Below are positions 11,075-24,680 of a stretch of 64,000 nt of DNA, piece after piece; the stretch's first letter is position 1, and every line of letters begins with the position of its first letter. The notes below the pieces were generated by a model that did no database searches, had not been told where the DNA came from, and saw nothing but the letters and a program-made list of their open reading frames with translations. The stretch is from Squalus acanthias (Eukaryota). The stretch is taken from positions 82,152,001 to 82,216,000 of the forward strand of contig CM059432.1 of the NCBI GenBank assembly GCA_030390025.1, in the 5' to 3' direction. The translations under genes and the position numbers were made by a program.

Positions 11075-12099
11075 TATAAATACAAGTTTTTGCTGTTGCA
11101 CGGTGTTAAAATGCTTTCATGTGAAACATGAAAATTTCATGTGCCCACCCTTAACTGAAATTCCAGTGACAATGATGTGTAGATTCATTTACTGTGATGG
11201 CAGATTTATACCTTCAGTCAGGGCATCATCAATTTTAAATGAAGGGAAATCTGACAATTGATGGTAGGGATAAAAAGAAAAACTGCAAATACTGTAAATC
11301 TAAAATTAAAAGCAGAAAGTTCTGTAAGTATGCAACAGCTCTATAGCATTGAAATATTTCACGTGTAGACAGTTCATCAAAACTGGAAACTAGAAGGCAA
11401 GTATAATTAAGTAGCAGATCTCCCATGGTGCTACTTACAGAAAATTGGAGGATATGCTGTTTTATAAGGGTAGGAGTATTCTATCATGGACTGCACAATG
11501 TATCATTGAACTGCTAAAGTGCAGTTGTGTACAAATTGGTTTGCCACTTTAAGGCCACAAGTTAATATCTGTGCTTTCCTAAGGCCAATTGAAGGCTAAT
11601 TGCTCTTAGCAGATTGTCAGATCAAATAGAGGTTGGACTGGCTTTTTTTTATATAGTGTGACCCATAAATATGAATGAGTGACACCTGTAGTGTGATGGA
11701 TGTGTAGACAAACCTTTATATACAATAGCAGATCCCCGGTGATGTCACTCACAGTCAGTCAGAGGATGTGCTATTTAATAATGACAATCAGCGGTCCCCT
11801 TACTTCCTTCCTTGTTGGAGTAGCAATATACTGACTGAGAAAACAGTACTTAATAGCTGGCAAAATAAATTCCCCTTTCTCATAACAAACATTTTCCCTA
11901 TCCCAATCTATTTGTGGAAAACTAAAATCTACAATTTTACCTCATTGTTAATACGTGTCTTTCTAATTCATCTACAACTTTCATTCTCAATTTCCTTTCC
12001 ACTGTTCAGTTGTCTATAATATACTTTCACTGATGTGACTGATCCCTTACTATTCCTCAACTCAATCCAAAGGGATTCTGTTTAACTGCTTCTCTATTT

Positions 12100-14185
12100 A
12101 AATTCACACAAAGGATAGTGGAAATCTGGAATTCTCTCCCCCAAAAGGCTGTGAATGCTGGGTCAATTGACATTTTCAAGACTGAGATTGATAGATTTTC
12201 ATGGGTAAGTGGAGAAAAGGCGGGTAAATGGAGTTGAGGTACAGATCAGCTATGACCTAATTGAATGATGGAATAGGCTCGAGGAGCTGAATCGCCTAAA
12301 GCTGTTCCTATGTTCCACAGCTATGATATTGTCACAATTTAATACTGCTACATCTCCTCCCTCTCTTCCTCTCTCTCCCTTCTTAAAGTTTTATATTCCA
12401 ATAGTGGGAAGGAGGTAGAGGAGCAGATTTGCAGGCAAATTGCAAAAAGATGCAAGAACTTTAGAGTAGCGCTAATGGGGACTTCAATTATCCTAATATA
12501 GACTGGGAACAAAAGTGTAAAGAGCAAAGAGGGGGAGGAATTCCTGAAATGTGTACAAGAGAACTTTTTTGATCAGTATGTTTCCAACTCAACAAAATTA
12601 ACTGGCACTTGAAAAATATGAGTTAATAAATGAAAGCCAGCATGGATTTGTTAAAGGAAAATCGTGTTTGACTTACTTGATTGAATTCTTTGATGAAGTA
12701 ACAGAGAGGGTTGATGAGGGTAGTGCGGTTGATGTTGTGTATATGGACTTTCAAAATGCATTTGATAAAATACCACATACTGTAGTATACTTGTTAGCAA
12801 AATGTAAACCCATGGGATTAAAGGGGCAGTGACTGGTGGATAAGAAGTTGGCTAAGGAAAGAAAGTGGTGGTGAACGGTTGGAGAGAAGTGTGTGGTGGT
12901 GTCCGCCAGGGGTCAGTGTTGGGACCATTGCTCTTTTTGATATATATTAATGACCTGGGCTTGTGTAAACGTGCATAATTTCAAAGTTTGCAGATGGCAC
13001 AAAACTTGGAAATGTAGTAAACAGTGAGGAGGATAATAACAGACCTCAGGAGGACAGATTGGTCAAATGGGCAGACACATTAACGCAGAGAAGTGTGAAG
13101 TGTTCATTTTGGTAGGAAGAATGAGGAGAGGCAATATAAACTAAATCGTACAATTTTAAAGAGGGTGCAGGAACAGAGAGACCTGGGGGTATACGTACAC
13201 AAGCCCTTGAAGGTGGCAGAACAAGTTGAGAAGGCTGTTAAAAAGGCATATGGGTTTAGAAATAGAGGCATAGAGTACAAAAGCAAAGAAGTTATGCTAA
13301 ATCTTTATAAAACACTGGTTAGGCCCTAGCTGGAGTATTGTGGCCAATTCTGGGCACCACATTTTAGGAAGGATGTCATGGCCTTATAGAGGGTGCAAAG
13401 GAGATTCACTTGAATAGTACCAGGGATGAAGGACTTAAATTACACGGACAGAGTTCAGAACTAGGGGGCATAGTCTCAGGATAAGGGGTCGGCCTTTTAA
13501 GACTGAGACGAGGAGGAACTTCTTAACTCAGAGGGTTATGAATCTTTGGAATTATCTGCCCCAAAGTGCTGTGGATGCTGTGTCGTTGAGTATATTCAAG
13601 GCTGAGGTAGATAGATTTATGGACTCTAGGGGAATCAAGGGATATGGGGATAGGAAGGAAAGTGGTGTTGAGGTTGTAGTTCAGCCATGATCTTATTGAA
13701 TGGCGGAGTAGGCTCGAGGGGCCGTATGGCCTACTCCTACTCCTAATTCTTATTTTCTTATGTAAACTGGGGTTGTTCTCCTTAGAGCAGAGAAGGTTAA
13801 GGGGAGATTTCATAGAGGTGTTCAAAATCATGAAGGGTTTTGATAGAGTAAATAAGGAGAAACTGTTTCCAGTGGCAGATGGGTTGATAACCAAAGGACA
13901 CAGATTTAAGGTAACTGCCAAAAGAACCAGAGGTGACATGAAGAAAACATTTTTTGCACAGTGAGTTGTTTGATCTGGAATGCACTGCCCAAAAGGGTGG
14001 TGGAAGCAGATTCAAGAATAACTTTCAAAAGGGAATTGAATAAATACTTGAAAGGGAACAATTTACAGAGCTATGGGGAAAGGGCAGGGTAGTGGGACTA
14101 ATTGGATAGCTCTTTCAAAGAGCTGGCACAGGCATGATGGATTGAATGGCCTCCTTCTGTGCTGTATCATTCTGTGATTCTATGT
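12100..14185 (+). mobile_element. Cluster of decayed CR1 LINE pieces
   Basis: A 3' end at 12100-12315 is followed by an ORF2 remnant at 12400-14185 (GDFNYPNIDW, QHGFVKGKSCLT, DVVYMDFQNAFDK, SLEQRRLRGD). A second CR1 3' end is nested at ~13455-13763. Confidence 0.85.
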
Positions 14186-14242
14186 TAATGAACTGACATT
14201 ACATTACATTGCTAGGTTAGTTCTGTGCACTGCTGGCAGAAC

Positions 14243-14370
14243 CATAGAACATAGAAGCATAGAACAGTACAGCACTTAAGGAGGCCATTCAGCCCATCGA
14301 GTCTGCGCCACCTCTTTGAAAGAGCAATCCAGTTAGTCCCACTCCCCCGCTCCTTCCCCATAGCCCAAGA
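14243..14370 (-). mobile_element. CR1 LINE 3' tail fragment
   Basis: catagaa repeats followed by ggaggccattcagcccatcgag, the reverse complement of CR1 tails seen elsewhere in the window. Confidence 0.75.
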
Positions 14371-16397
14371 GCAGTGGTCCCAGAACCTCTGCACTTGAAT
14401 TGCATTATCAACTCCAATAGCTGTTACAGTAAAAGCGCAGGACTCACTTAGCACATCAACTAGAAAATTACGTTGCATCACCTTACAGGCAAACACTATT
14501 TCCAATGATACAATATGATGAAATTACATTCACATTGGGTTAGCCTACTTTGCCTAATTGATTAGCTGTGCAACTAAAAAAAGAGAGATGCAAGAAAAGA
14601 AAGAAACAGAAACTGAGGAAAGACTGAGCTGGAGAAAGTTAAAATATAAAAGAAAAGGCACATCTGATAGTTATAACTTCTTACAACAGCAAATATGTGC
14701 TGCAGGATGAAGGAATCTCAGCATTGGAATTGGATCAGACATTTATCTATTAAAGTTTAGAAGTAAAAAGCTGGCCAAATTAGGTTACTAGTGGGATTAG
14801 AATTTTTTTCACTCTTATCTGTCAATATACTTGAGTGTCTTGAGTTCATACTAGTTAGTAGGTAAAAGGCTGGACGATTTTAGGTAGAATTTAAAATGGG
14901 AATAAGAAACCGCAATGCGGTATGTCACCCGTCATTTATCCACAGCTCTTAATCATTTGAGGCTAATGGAGTTACTCTGCCAAGACTGGGAGATGTTAGT
15001 TTGTAGTTCTCAAATGTATTGTGATGGAAGATCATTCTTTTTATGTGCTATTTAATGAACCTTAGCAGACATGAATAATAAGTGGCTGATACTGAAGGTT
15101 TATGTGGAGCTATTATGAATGCCACAGTTTATACCAGTGAAAGATGCACATACTGTATTGGATATTAAAAAAACCTGCAGGGCAGGAAATCAGCCTATGT
15201 TTTATAGCATTACATGATTCTTGTAACTTGTAGTTCAATCCAAGAAAATTAAAAATGTTATTAATAAAAAATAATTTTAAACCAGAACTATCTTTCATTT
15301 TCAGACAGTAAATAAATTTGAGACTGCCGGTGGTTACACACTGTATGAAGGATTAGTAAATAGATGCAGGGTGATGATCATTAAATCTTTTGGATAACAT
15401 CATAAATGGTGCCCTGGTTATTATCTTTCTATTTTTACATCCCTTCACCTATTTTGAAATTATTTTTCTCTTCAGTTGGTTGCCCTGTGTTCTGTTTGTA
15501 TTGATTGCTTTGAGACAGAGGGAACATTCACCCAATGCAGCTTAAAGGAAGAATCCTTGTGATACAAAGATTGGATTTAGGGGTAACATGTGGAACAGGA
15601 ACTTATTTAATGGGTTGCATTCACACACTGACAACAACATAAGATTAATAACAGGCATGTGGCACTGCAAACTGAGCCTGCTGGCATTAAAAGGGTATTA
15701 GTGCCAAAATATTGCATTTTCAGGCAGGCTCAGTTCTCATAACAGCATGCAAAGAAAACTCCGATCTGTTAGCAGCTGCATCAGTTCCACATTGAGCTTC
15801 TCGTTGTTCTTTTTGTCCAAAAGGAAGTCTTAATATTATTTTAATTGTGAATTTAATATCAATTAATAGCAGCAGATGGCAATGGGAATGCAATGATGCC
15901 TATGTTCTTTCATGTGTTTCCAAATATGATAACATTGTTTTGAAAAAACACTTCAATTTACTGGCTCTTTAATCTTGAAATCAACATTAAAATGTTATTT
16001 TGTGACCAATTTATTCTGATTTATTTTTAGCAATTAAAAATATGTCACAATAGTTTTTTGTTAATTCTCGCTCATTTTATTTCAGTTATATGTAGATGTT
16101 TTGGAAGTATACTTTATTAATAATGGTACTTTGACTGATTTTGATCTCTGAATTCTGCAAGTTATGAGTCCCTAAATAAAGTGAGAGCTGGTCTGTCCTA
16201 ATCCATGATCACCAGCATTGTTTTGACATGGCCGTCTGCTGGTGTGCTTGTTGCCATGTTGTGCACCTGTGGAACGGTGTTTTTGAACACTATCATAAGT
16301 AATCTGTCACCGTTTTGGACACTCCAAAGCATTTGATGGGGTGTGGAAAAATGCACTTCTAAAGAAGTTACCAACATATGGCATTCTACCAAAACAT

Positions 16398-17151
16398 TGG
16401 CCCGGAATTTGCTATCAGCAGCGAAGTGACCGTGCTCGCCACTGACCTCGAAGAAAGCTGCCCACAAAGATCTAGCGATCTCTGTGGTGTTAATCTCAGC
16501 TCTCCCGACCTTAGTTTGAATCTGGCGCCAAATCAAGCGAATCACCAGCGTCCAGCAACAGTGATGTCATCAAGCTGGCTAAGCAGCCAATCACATTGAA
16601 GAATTCTCAGACAGCAAACCAGGAAGTTAAATGCACAGATTGTAGTTTACTTTTAATAAATTTTCCAGAGAGAGAAATAAAGATTGGACATACACATAGG
16701 ATTAAGGTAGAAGCTGAAATATAAACAAACTTTAAAAAACAATTATTACATTAAAACTTGTAATTTTTAATCATATTAATGGAAAGAATTGACATTCCAC
16801 AACTTTAAATTTGTTTTCCAGGGTCAGAACGGTTGTTCAGCAGTTAGTACACCGTTAGAAACCCAGTTACACCTTTTTCAACAAGGCTTAATGTTTGAGG
16901 GGGTTTTTAACAGCGATATTCCATCGTAAAAGGGGAAGTTTTCATCAGTTCAAGTGATTTGAATTGATTGCCGGCTCTCGGGAGTTCCACAGCACAATCT
17001 GTGGCGGAGCAGGGATTGACTGACCGCAACTTCTGGATTTCCACTTTTATCTGCGCATGCGCTAAATTCTGAAGTTGCTGTCAGTTTCAGAAGGGTAATG
17101 ACTGCGAACGCTGACAGTTTCGCCATCATTACCACCGCAAAATCCAGGCCC
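16398..17151. mobile_element. Harbinger-type non-autonomous element (MITE)
   Basis: Imperfect TIRs TGGCCCGGAATTTGC and GCAAAATCCAGGCCC resemble the other Harbinger ends. TSD is ambiguous. Confidence 0.6.
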
Positions 17152-17299
17152 ATATCTATAGCTATCTAATTTTTCCTGAAATTGTTTTAACTGCTTTTTT
17201 TGACTCTCAGGGCTCTATCCTCTCTGTTTCTTCTTTTATATCAAACTTTCCTCATCATCCAACCTATCCATTCTTTTGCTGATGTTTCTACTCTGAAAG

Positions 17300-17756
17300 A
17301 AAAACTTTATCTAGCACCTTTCATGACCACTGGACATCTCAAAGCACTTTACAGCCAATGAAGTATTTTTGAAGTGTAGTCACTGTTGGAATGTGGGAAA
17401 AGCGGCAGCCAATTTGCACACAGTAAGCTCTCACAAACAGCAATGTGAAAATGACCAGATAATCTGTTTTTGTTATGTTGGTTGAGGAAGAAATATTGGC
17501 CAGGACACTGAGGATAACTCCCCTACTCTTCTTTGAAATAGTGCCACAGGATCTTTTACATCCACCTGAGAGAGAAGACGGGGCCTCTATTTAACGTTTC
17601 ATTCGAAAGATGGCACCTCCGACAGTGCAGCACTCCCTCAATACTGCACTGGAGTGTTAGCCTAGCTTTATATGCTCAAGTCCCTGGAGTGGGACTTGAA
17701 CCCACAACCTTCATGACTCAGTAAGCAAGTGTGCTACCAACTGAGCCACAGCTGAC
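17300..17756 (-). mobile_element. tRNA-derived DeuSINE (SacSINE1/AmnSINE1-related)
   Basis: Minus-strand head TGGCTCAGTTGG...GGTTCAAGTCC, central domain CAGTGCAGTATTGAGGGAGTGCTGCACTGTCGGAGGTGCC, L2-like tail. Similar copies at ~46725-46920 (+), ~61560-61890 (-) and ~63585-64000 (-). Confidence 0.8.
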
Positions 17757-18805
17757 TCTGCATACATTGGCCCTTTTGGAGTGTGGTTCCTGAAGTGCTA
17801 CATCTTGAATTCCTCCTTATCCTAACATAGGAGGGAGGAAAAGGTGACTTTGGATCTATGGTTCCCAAAGCTTTCCACCATTGGGGGTTTACCTCGCCTC
17901 ATGTCTGGGTCTATTGTAGAACTAATTGATAGTGACTGATTGTTAAGATTAGTCAACAACTCCATTATTGTTGTATCATGTGACTACCAAGGTAGTAGAA
18001 GGCAAACTCGATGGACCTGGGTCTTTTTTCGTCTAGCAATTCCTATGTTTCTATGTACCCTCCAATGGGGCAATAAAATCTCATTCTTTTCAATTCTTCA
18101 AAGATTGAAACACTATTTAGTTAGTTGAAAAAGTGTTTCCCAAACCTTTGGTTGTTTGGAGAGTGGGAAAAGTTGTGCATCATTTTTATTATAATAACAC
18201 TGCAAGCAAGTAACATGATGATGCATTATAAAGCAATTGATGTTATAGTACCATGTGTTTATAAACAACTAAAAGATGCAGCAAACATTTTCATGAAAAT
18301 AGGGCCCACTTAGCATATGTGGAATCTCAATGTAAGATGTGCTGTGGGGAATGAAAAGGTGTATTCATTGGTGTTCTGTTTCGAAGGCCACTATGAACAC
18401 TTCGCTTACAATGGAGCTGCACCATGCAATTATTGAGAGGCTTACATTATAGATAATTACAGGTGGTCTGTCTATACATATTGAGTAAGTTTTTCCACAG
18501 TGATCCCCAAAGAGGTTTGTTAATCTTGTCATGGTCATCTTGGAGAATGGAATGAAGAGAAACTCCTCTGCAGCTCATGGACCCACCTGAAAGGTTCATC
18601 AAGGTAGATTTCTGAGGGGGGGAGGGGTGTTGATCTACTACTAAATCATGGATCAGGGGTCCCGAGATGTCCATATCTTGCCCTCCTCTTATAGGAGCAT
18701 ATAGGTCATAAGAGGGAAGATAATGTTTGAATATAGCAGTAAATTGATAAATGAGAAAAATTCCAAGCAAATTGAGTTGAGCTTTGTTTATTTTGTTATC
18801 TCCAG

Positions 18806-18956
18806 TACACCTAGCTATAACTATGCTCCAAACATGGACAAGCACTGGATTATGCAGTTTACAGGGGCAATGAGGCCTATCCATATGGAGTTCACCAACA
18901 TCCTTCAGAGAAAGAGGCTGCAGACACTTATGTCAGTGGATGACTCTGTTGATAGG
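18806..18956 (+). CDS. SULF1: SULF1 internal coding exon, sulfatase domain (151 bp)
   Basis: Acceptor ctccag at 18800-18805, donor gtaagt at 18957. Encodes (I)[55 protein letters not shown] and NILQ match SULF1 rather than SULF2. Confidence 0.96.
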
Positions 18957-19192
18957 GTAAGTAGCATGATTGGACCATTTAATGGTTAATAAGGCTTTAA
19001 CTTTTGAGTGGCAGCACACCAAAAAACAGAATGCTGTTGATCATTAAAATAGACAGGGCACGTGAGTTTGATGGTTTTGGCAGCAGCTTGGTAAAGCATA
19101 ATATTACAGAATAACAATTTTTATGAAAATATTTTCCTTGCTAGTTTACAACCAGTTAAAATAATAATAAAACAACTTGTACTATGTTTCAG

Positions 19193-19368
19193 ATATTTCA
19201 GATGCTTGCAGAGACTGGGGAACTGGACAACACCTACGTCATCTACACTGCAGACCACGGTTACCACATTGGGCAATTTGGACTGGTAAAGGGAAAATCA
19301 ATGCCATATGACTTCGATATCCGGGTTCCTTTCTTTGTTCGTGGACCAAATGTGGAACCAGGGTCAAT
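19193..19368 (+). CDS. SULF1: SULF1 internal coding exon (176 bp) with the metal-binding DHG motif
   Basis: Acceptor tttcag ends 19192, donor gtaagg at 19369. Encodes [58 protein letters not shown](I). Phase 0 join to the previous exon. Confidence 0.96.
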
Positions 19369-20024
19369 GTAAGGAATTATTTCTAGCATTTTAAAGTTTA
19401 CTGGGAATAGTTGAGAATTCCATTTTATATTATACTGTAATATGGCACTTTGCACTTGCCACAGTCAACAATCAGCCTTTAACCTTGTTTGTGGTATAGC
19501 AGCATCACTGAGTAATGAATATGGCTGTCAAGTTCATCAGAAATATGGCACAATGTCAATCATATTGTAAACATGATGGTGCAAAATGCACCTGTGAGAA
19601 AACTAAAACAAAGGAGGTACCACTTGCAAAGTCTATGACCAATAAAAAATAGATTTGATTCACTAGGCTACTGAGCACCTGCAGCAAACACAAAAATGTA
19701 CGCAATAAATAGGATTGGTAAAACATTAACGACTAATGAAAGAAAACAATGCTGATGTGTAAACACACACTATGCACATTGATATCACTGATACAAGATA
19801 TCGGAGGGCAATCAGCTCTTGTGGATCTGCACCCCAGCAGAAATCAGCACCTTCATTAGAGGAGAAAGGGAGAAAATTGGTCAAAAAAAATTAGAGACCA
19901 GGTAACAGTATATAAAGCGCATGATCATCTGACCAAAAAAACACCAACAAGCAATACTTTTCTACTTTAAAATGAATTTGAAAAATACCAATATGAGATA
20001 CATTATATGGGACTGAATTAAATG

Positions 20025-23000
20025 TGTAATAGAACCACCTGGTGGACTACTGATGTAGATAATAATAAAGCAATGTGCAGTACAGTTCTTACTGTTGTGC
20101 TGTTGTATATATATGCTGTCTCCCTAGCTGAAATTTTTGTTGGAGGATAATCCTGCCAACCGACGGAGGGTCTGTTAGAGGTTCTTTGTTTTGCAGAAAA
20201 ACTTAAAAATCCGAGGTAAATTTCGAGCACACGTGGCTGAACTGTCGACGTTGCCAGAGTCCAGATGGCCACACCTATGGAAATAATAGGGCACTTGGGT
20301 GAGTTCCATCATGACTGAGAGACTTTCGGAGCACATCCGGAGCGGCTAGAAATGTTTTTCACCGTGAATAGTATTGTCAAAGTCCCCGATGATGTAACCC
20401 ATAACTGGGCGGTTTTAGAAATGAAACAGGCTATTTTTTTGACTGAAGCAGGCCCCGAGGTGTATGAAACCCTGAAAAATTTGCTTGTTCCCGCCAAGCC
20501 GAAGGCCATACCACTGAAGGAGATCCTAACCAAGCTAGAACAGCACTACAGTCCTGAGCCCCTGGAAATTGCTGAAAGTGATTGTTTTGGAACACGTGAT
20601 CAATTAAATGACGAGGGTATCAGTGAGTACATTGTAGCTTTAAAAAAGCTATCCATTCACTGTCATTTCGGAAACTTTCAGGACCGAGCTTTGCGTGACT
20701 GCTTTATTTGTTGGTTGAAAAATGAACGTATCAGAAGTAAATTGTTGACAACTCCTAACTTGACTTTTGACTTAGCTTGTCAGACAGCTATGTCGATGGA
20801 TATGGCCGACCGATACTCCCAAGAGTTCCGCGCCATTTCCAGTCGTCAGACAACCGAGGTGAATCGGCTGCAGGCTAAAAGTAAAAGGCCATTGGGCCCC
20901 AATGCCTCAGCAACTGACCAAGGTAACAGTGCATTGAAGTCGTGCTATTGGTGCCTGGGACAACACATCACTCAAAGCTGTCCATATGTGAAGGCAGAGT
21001 GTTTCTACTGCAAGAAAACTGGGCATCTTGCGAAGGCGTGCCGACAGAAGAGTAAGCCGACTGGCAATGCTAGAAGTAGAAATCGCCAGACACTACATAC
21101 CGTTGAAGAGAAGCAGCAGGACGAGGAGTTTCTGGAGATTCATGTCATCAGGAGCACGAAGGTATCTAACAGCGATTTGTGAGGTATCGTCATCCAAGTA
21201 GATGTAGCAGGAACCAGGATACCCATGGAAATCAACACTGGTGCACCCGTGAGCGTAGTACCGGAATCACTATATCGCGACAAGTTGCGTGATTACCGAC
21301 TGGAGAAATCGAAGGTAGAGCTGCGAGGCTACTCAGGAGAGCAAATCCCTGTAGTAGGAAGTGTCACCATACCAGTCAAATACAAAGATCAGTGTCAGAG
21401 CTTGCCTCTCAAAGTAGTGGCAGGAGACAAGCCTGCCTTGATGGGTAGAAATTGATTGGGATCACTGAAGCTGGATTGGAATGAGATTTTTCGTGTGGAA
21501 GTGAAATTTGCATCGAAAGATGATGTCATCAAGCAGTATCCAAAGGTGTTCAGTGAAACGGGCAGTCCGATCCAAGACTTCAAGGCGAGTGTCAGAGTGA
21601 AGAAGGACGCAAGACCAGTTTACTGCAAGCCATGTCCTGTACCATACACACTCAAAGAGAAAGTTGAGCAAGAACTCAAAAGACTAGAAACTGAGAACAT
21701 TATCTCTAAGGTAGATCTGAGTAATTGGGCTACACCCATTGTTGTTGTACCTAAGTCAGATGGTAAGGTAAGGTTGTGTGATGATTATAAGGTAACCGTA
21801 AACCAGGTTCTAGAGTGTAATCTACCCAATATGTTTCCAAATGTTCACAACGTTGACAGGTGGCCAGATCTTTTCGAAGTTAGATCTAACAAATGCCTAC
21901 CTACAGTTTGAGTTAGATGAAGAGTCCAAGTCATGCTTGACTATAAATACTCACCAAAGCCTATATCAGTTCAATAGGCTACCTATTGGAGTGTCTTCTG
22001 CCCCCAACATATTCCAGGGGGTGATGAACCATATTTTGCAAGGGATTGAAGGTTAGTGTGTTATTTGGATGATATACTCATTTCAGCACCAAACAGGCAA
22101 ATCCATGATGAGGTGTTGAATGAAGTGCTCAAATGGCTAGACAAGCACAGAGTACGAGTGACAGCTCACAAGTGTGAGTTGTTTCAAAACTCAGTGGAGT
22201 ACTTAGGGCACAGAGTAGACAAAGATGGTTTACATCCAGCCAAGGGAAAGCTGGATGCAATCAGAAATGCACCCACTCCCAAGAATGTCTCTGAACTTCG
22301 ATCATTTTTGGGTTTCTTGAATTATTACGGAAAGTTCCTCCCAAACTTGGCTACATTGTTACATCCACTGAATGAGCTGTTGAGAAAACATGTCCCTTGG
22401 AAATGGTCAAAAGAATGCGACACAGCATTCAAAGAGTGTGAAAGCCAGTTAGTAGAGAGTACCATGTTCGTTCACTATGATGTATCTAAGGAGATCAAGC
22501 TAGCATGTGATGCCTCTCCATACAGAGTTGGGGCAGTGATCTCTCATGTAGTAGATAGTGGGGAGGAGAGACCAATTGCTTTTGCTTCACGCACTCTCAG
22601 TGCCAGTGAGCGGAATTATGCGCAGATCGAAAGGAAAACTTTGTCATTGATTTTTGGGGTCAAGAGGTTTCACAAATACTTGTTTGGTCATAAGTTTACC
22701 ATAGTTACTGACCATAAGCCCCTGACAGCAATCCTCCATCCAAAGTCCCCAGTTCCAACCTTAGCTGCAGCCCGAATGCAGAGATGGGCTTTGATGTTGT
22801 CAGCATATACATATGACATTGAGTACAGACGATCAGCTGATCACAGTAATGCTGATGCTATGTCCAGATTGCCATCCCCATCAAAAGTTACATCCAATAA
22901 GGAAGAAGTGTTCTATTTCTCATACATTGATGAGCTGCCAGTCACAGCTGAAGAGATTGGTAGGACAACCAAACGTGACCCACTTATGTCAAAGGTGTAT

Positions 23001-24680
23001 GATTACATAGCAAATGGATGGCCAAACCAGGTATCAGAGGAAGATATCCATCCATACTTCGTTCGTAGGAATGAATTGTCAGTGGATAAAGATTGTATCA
23101 TGTGGGGAGCAAGAGTGGTTATCCCAAATAGGTTCAGGTCTAAATTGTTAGGAGATCTTCATGACCAGCACCTGGGAATGTGCTTGACCAAGAGCTTTTC
23201 ATGCAGTTACTTATGGTGGCCAGGTTTAGATAAAAAGATAGAGTACATAGTCAGCCAGTGTACAACATGTCAATCAGTGAGCAAGAAACCACCATCAGTA
23301 CCATTACAGCCATGGAGATGGCCTCCCAGAGTGTGGCAAAGGTTACATGTAGATTTTGCTGAGCTAGAAGGACAGCAATTGTTCATAGCGATAGATAGTC
23401 ACTCAAAGTGGGTAGAGGTGTTTCCGATGCCAATAATAACAACAAGCAAAACACTAGATAATTTGCGAAGATTGTTTTCTTCACACGGCCTCCCAAAAGA
23501 AATTGTGTCTGATAATGGGCCGCAATTTTGTTCAGAGGAGTTCACACAGCACAAACGGTGTGAAACATACCAAAGTTCCACCGTACTACCCTGCTTGAAA
23601 TGGTGCAGCAGAGCGCACAGTACAAATTGTCAAACGTGCCCTCATCAAGCAAATGTTGGATCCAAATCCAAAGAAACATCAGCTGTCGTTGGACCACAAA
23701 CTGGCAAATTTTCTGATTACCTATCGGAATACTCCTCATATCACTACTGGTAGAAAACCAACAGAGTTGTTTCTCAAACGACAGCCACGAACCAGGTTCT
23801 CATTGTTAAAGCCAAACTTGGCACAGTCCGTAGAAGAGAAACAATCAAGGCAGAAGGAGAGTCATGATAAAGGTAGAGTTAGAGAGAGAAGTGTGAAGTT
23901 GAACCAAAGATTAGAGTGAAGAACCATCACCATAAATGGTTAAAGTGGTTACCAGGAAGAGTAGTGAAGATATGTGGCCCTCGTGCATATTTGGTCAAGA
24001 TGTTTGATCATGGAAAGGTTAGGTTTGTTCACATTGATCATATCTAACCTACAGATGTGGAAGGAGTTAAAAGCTGGGATGATTCAATTTATTCTGATGA
24101 GTCAGATAATCTTGTTACAAGTAGAGTACCAGTAGCAAATCCTACATCAGACGTACCAGAAACAAGTCCAAGACAAAGTCAGAATTTAAGTCTGAGCCCG
24201 AGTCAGGCAGACAAACAGTCTGAAAGTGTAAAGAGTCCAAATGTAGATCAAGGTCAGCCCTTGGAGAAAAATTCTCCGCAGGCTCAGCCTAGAATAAATC
24301 AAGGTCCTAAAACAAGATCTGAAAGTTCTGTTCAAGAAAGAAGGTATCCTCTTCGAAACAGAAAACCAGTGGTTACGTTTAATCTGTAAATATGAAAAAT
24401 AAGTTCATAGCTTTTGTTTGTGTTACAGAATTCTATTGTAGAATTTGGAAACATAAAATGGGTTCCATTTGAGAAATGTATACCAAGAGTTGTGTATACC
24501 ATGCAAGTCATGTACAATGATTATTTGCTATGATTAACTTCTTCAATAAGGAGGGAGAAGTGTAATAACACCACCTGGTAGACTTCTGATGTATATAATA
24601 ATAAAGTCATGTGTAGTACAGTTCTTACCGGAAGTCATGTTGTGCTGTTGTATATATATGCTGTGTCTCAAGATATCACA
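20025..24680 (+). mobile_element. Ty3/Gypsy LTR retrotransposon (probably Mag-type), full length but decayed
   Basis: TSD AAATG at 20020-20024 and 24681-24685. TG...CA ends. LTRs at 20025-~20122 and 24561-24680. Polypurine tract AAGGAGGGAGAAG just before the 3' LTR. Domain order gag-PR-RT-RH-IN. Confidence 0.95.
20265..24389 (+). pseudogene. Gypsy gag-pol pseudogene
   Basis: Gag has two Zn knuckles (CYWCLGQHITQSC, CFYCKKTGHLAKAC). Protease EINTGA has its catalytic D changed to N. RT has WATPIVVVPK and YLDD, RNase H has ACDAS and TDHKPL, integrase has HVDF and SDNGPQF. Several stops and frameshifts. Confidence 0.92.

Noticed and set aside
11355..11390. Third hammerhead motif (minus strand TTGATGA...GAAATATT)
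   Set aside because: The core C3 is mutated and helix II pairs poorly; at most a dead relic.
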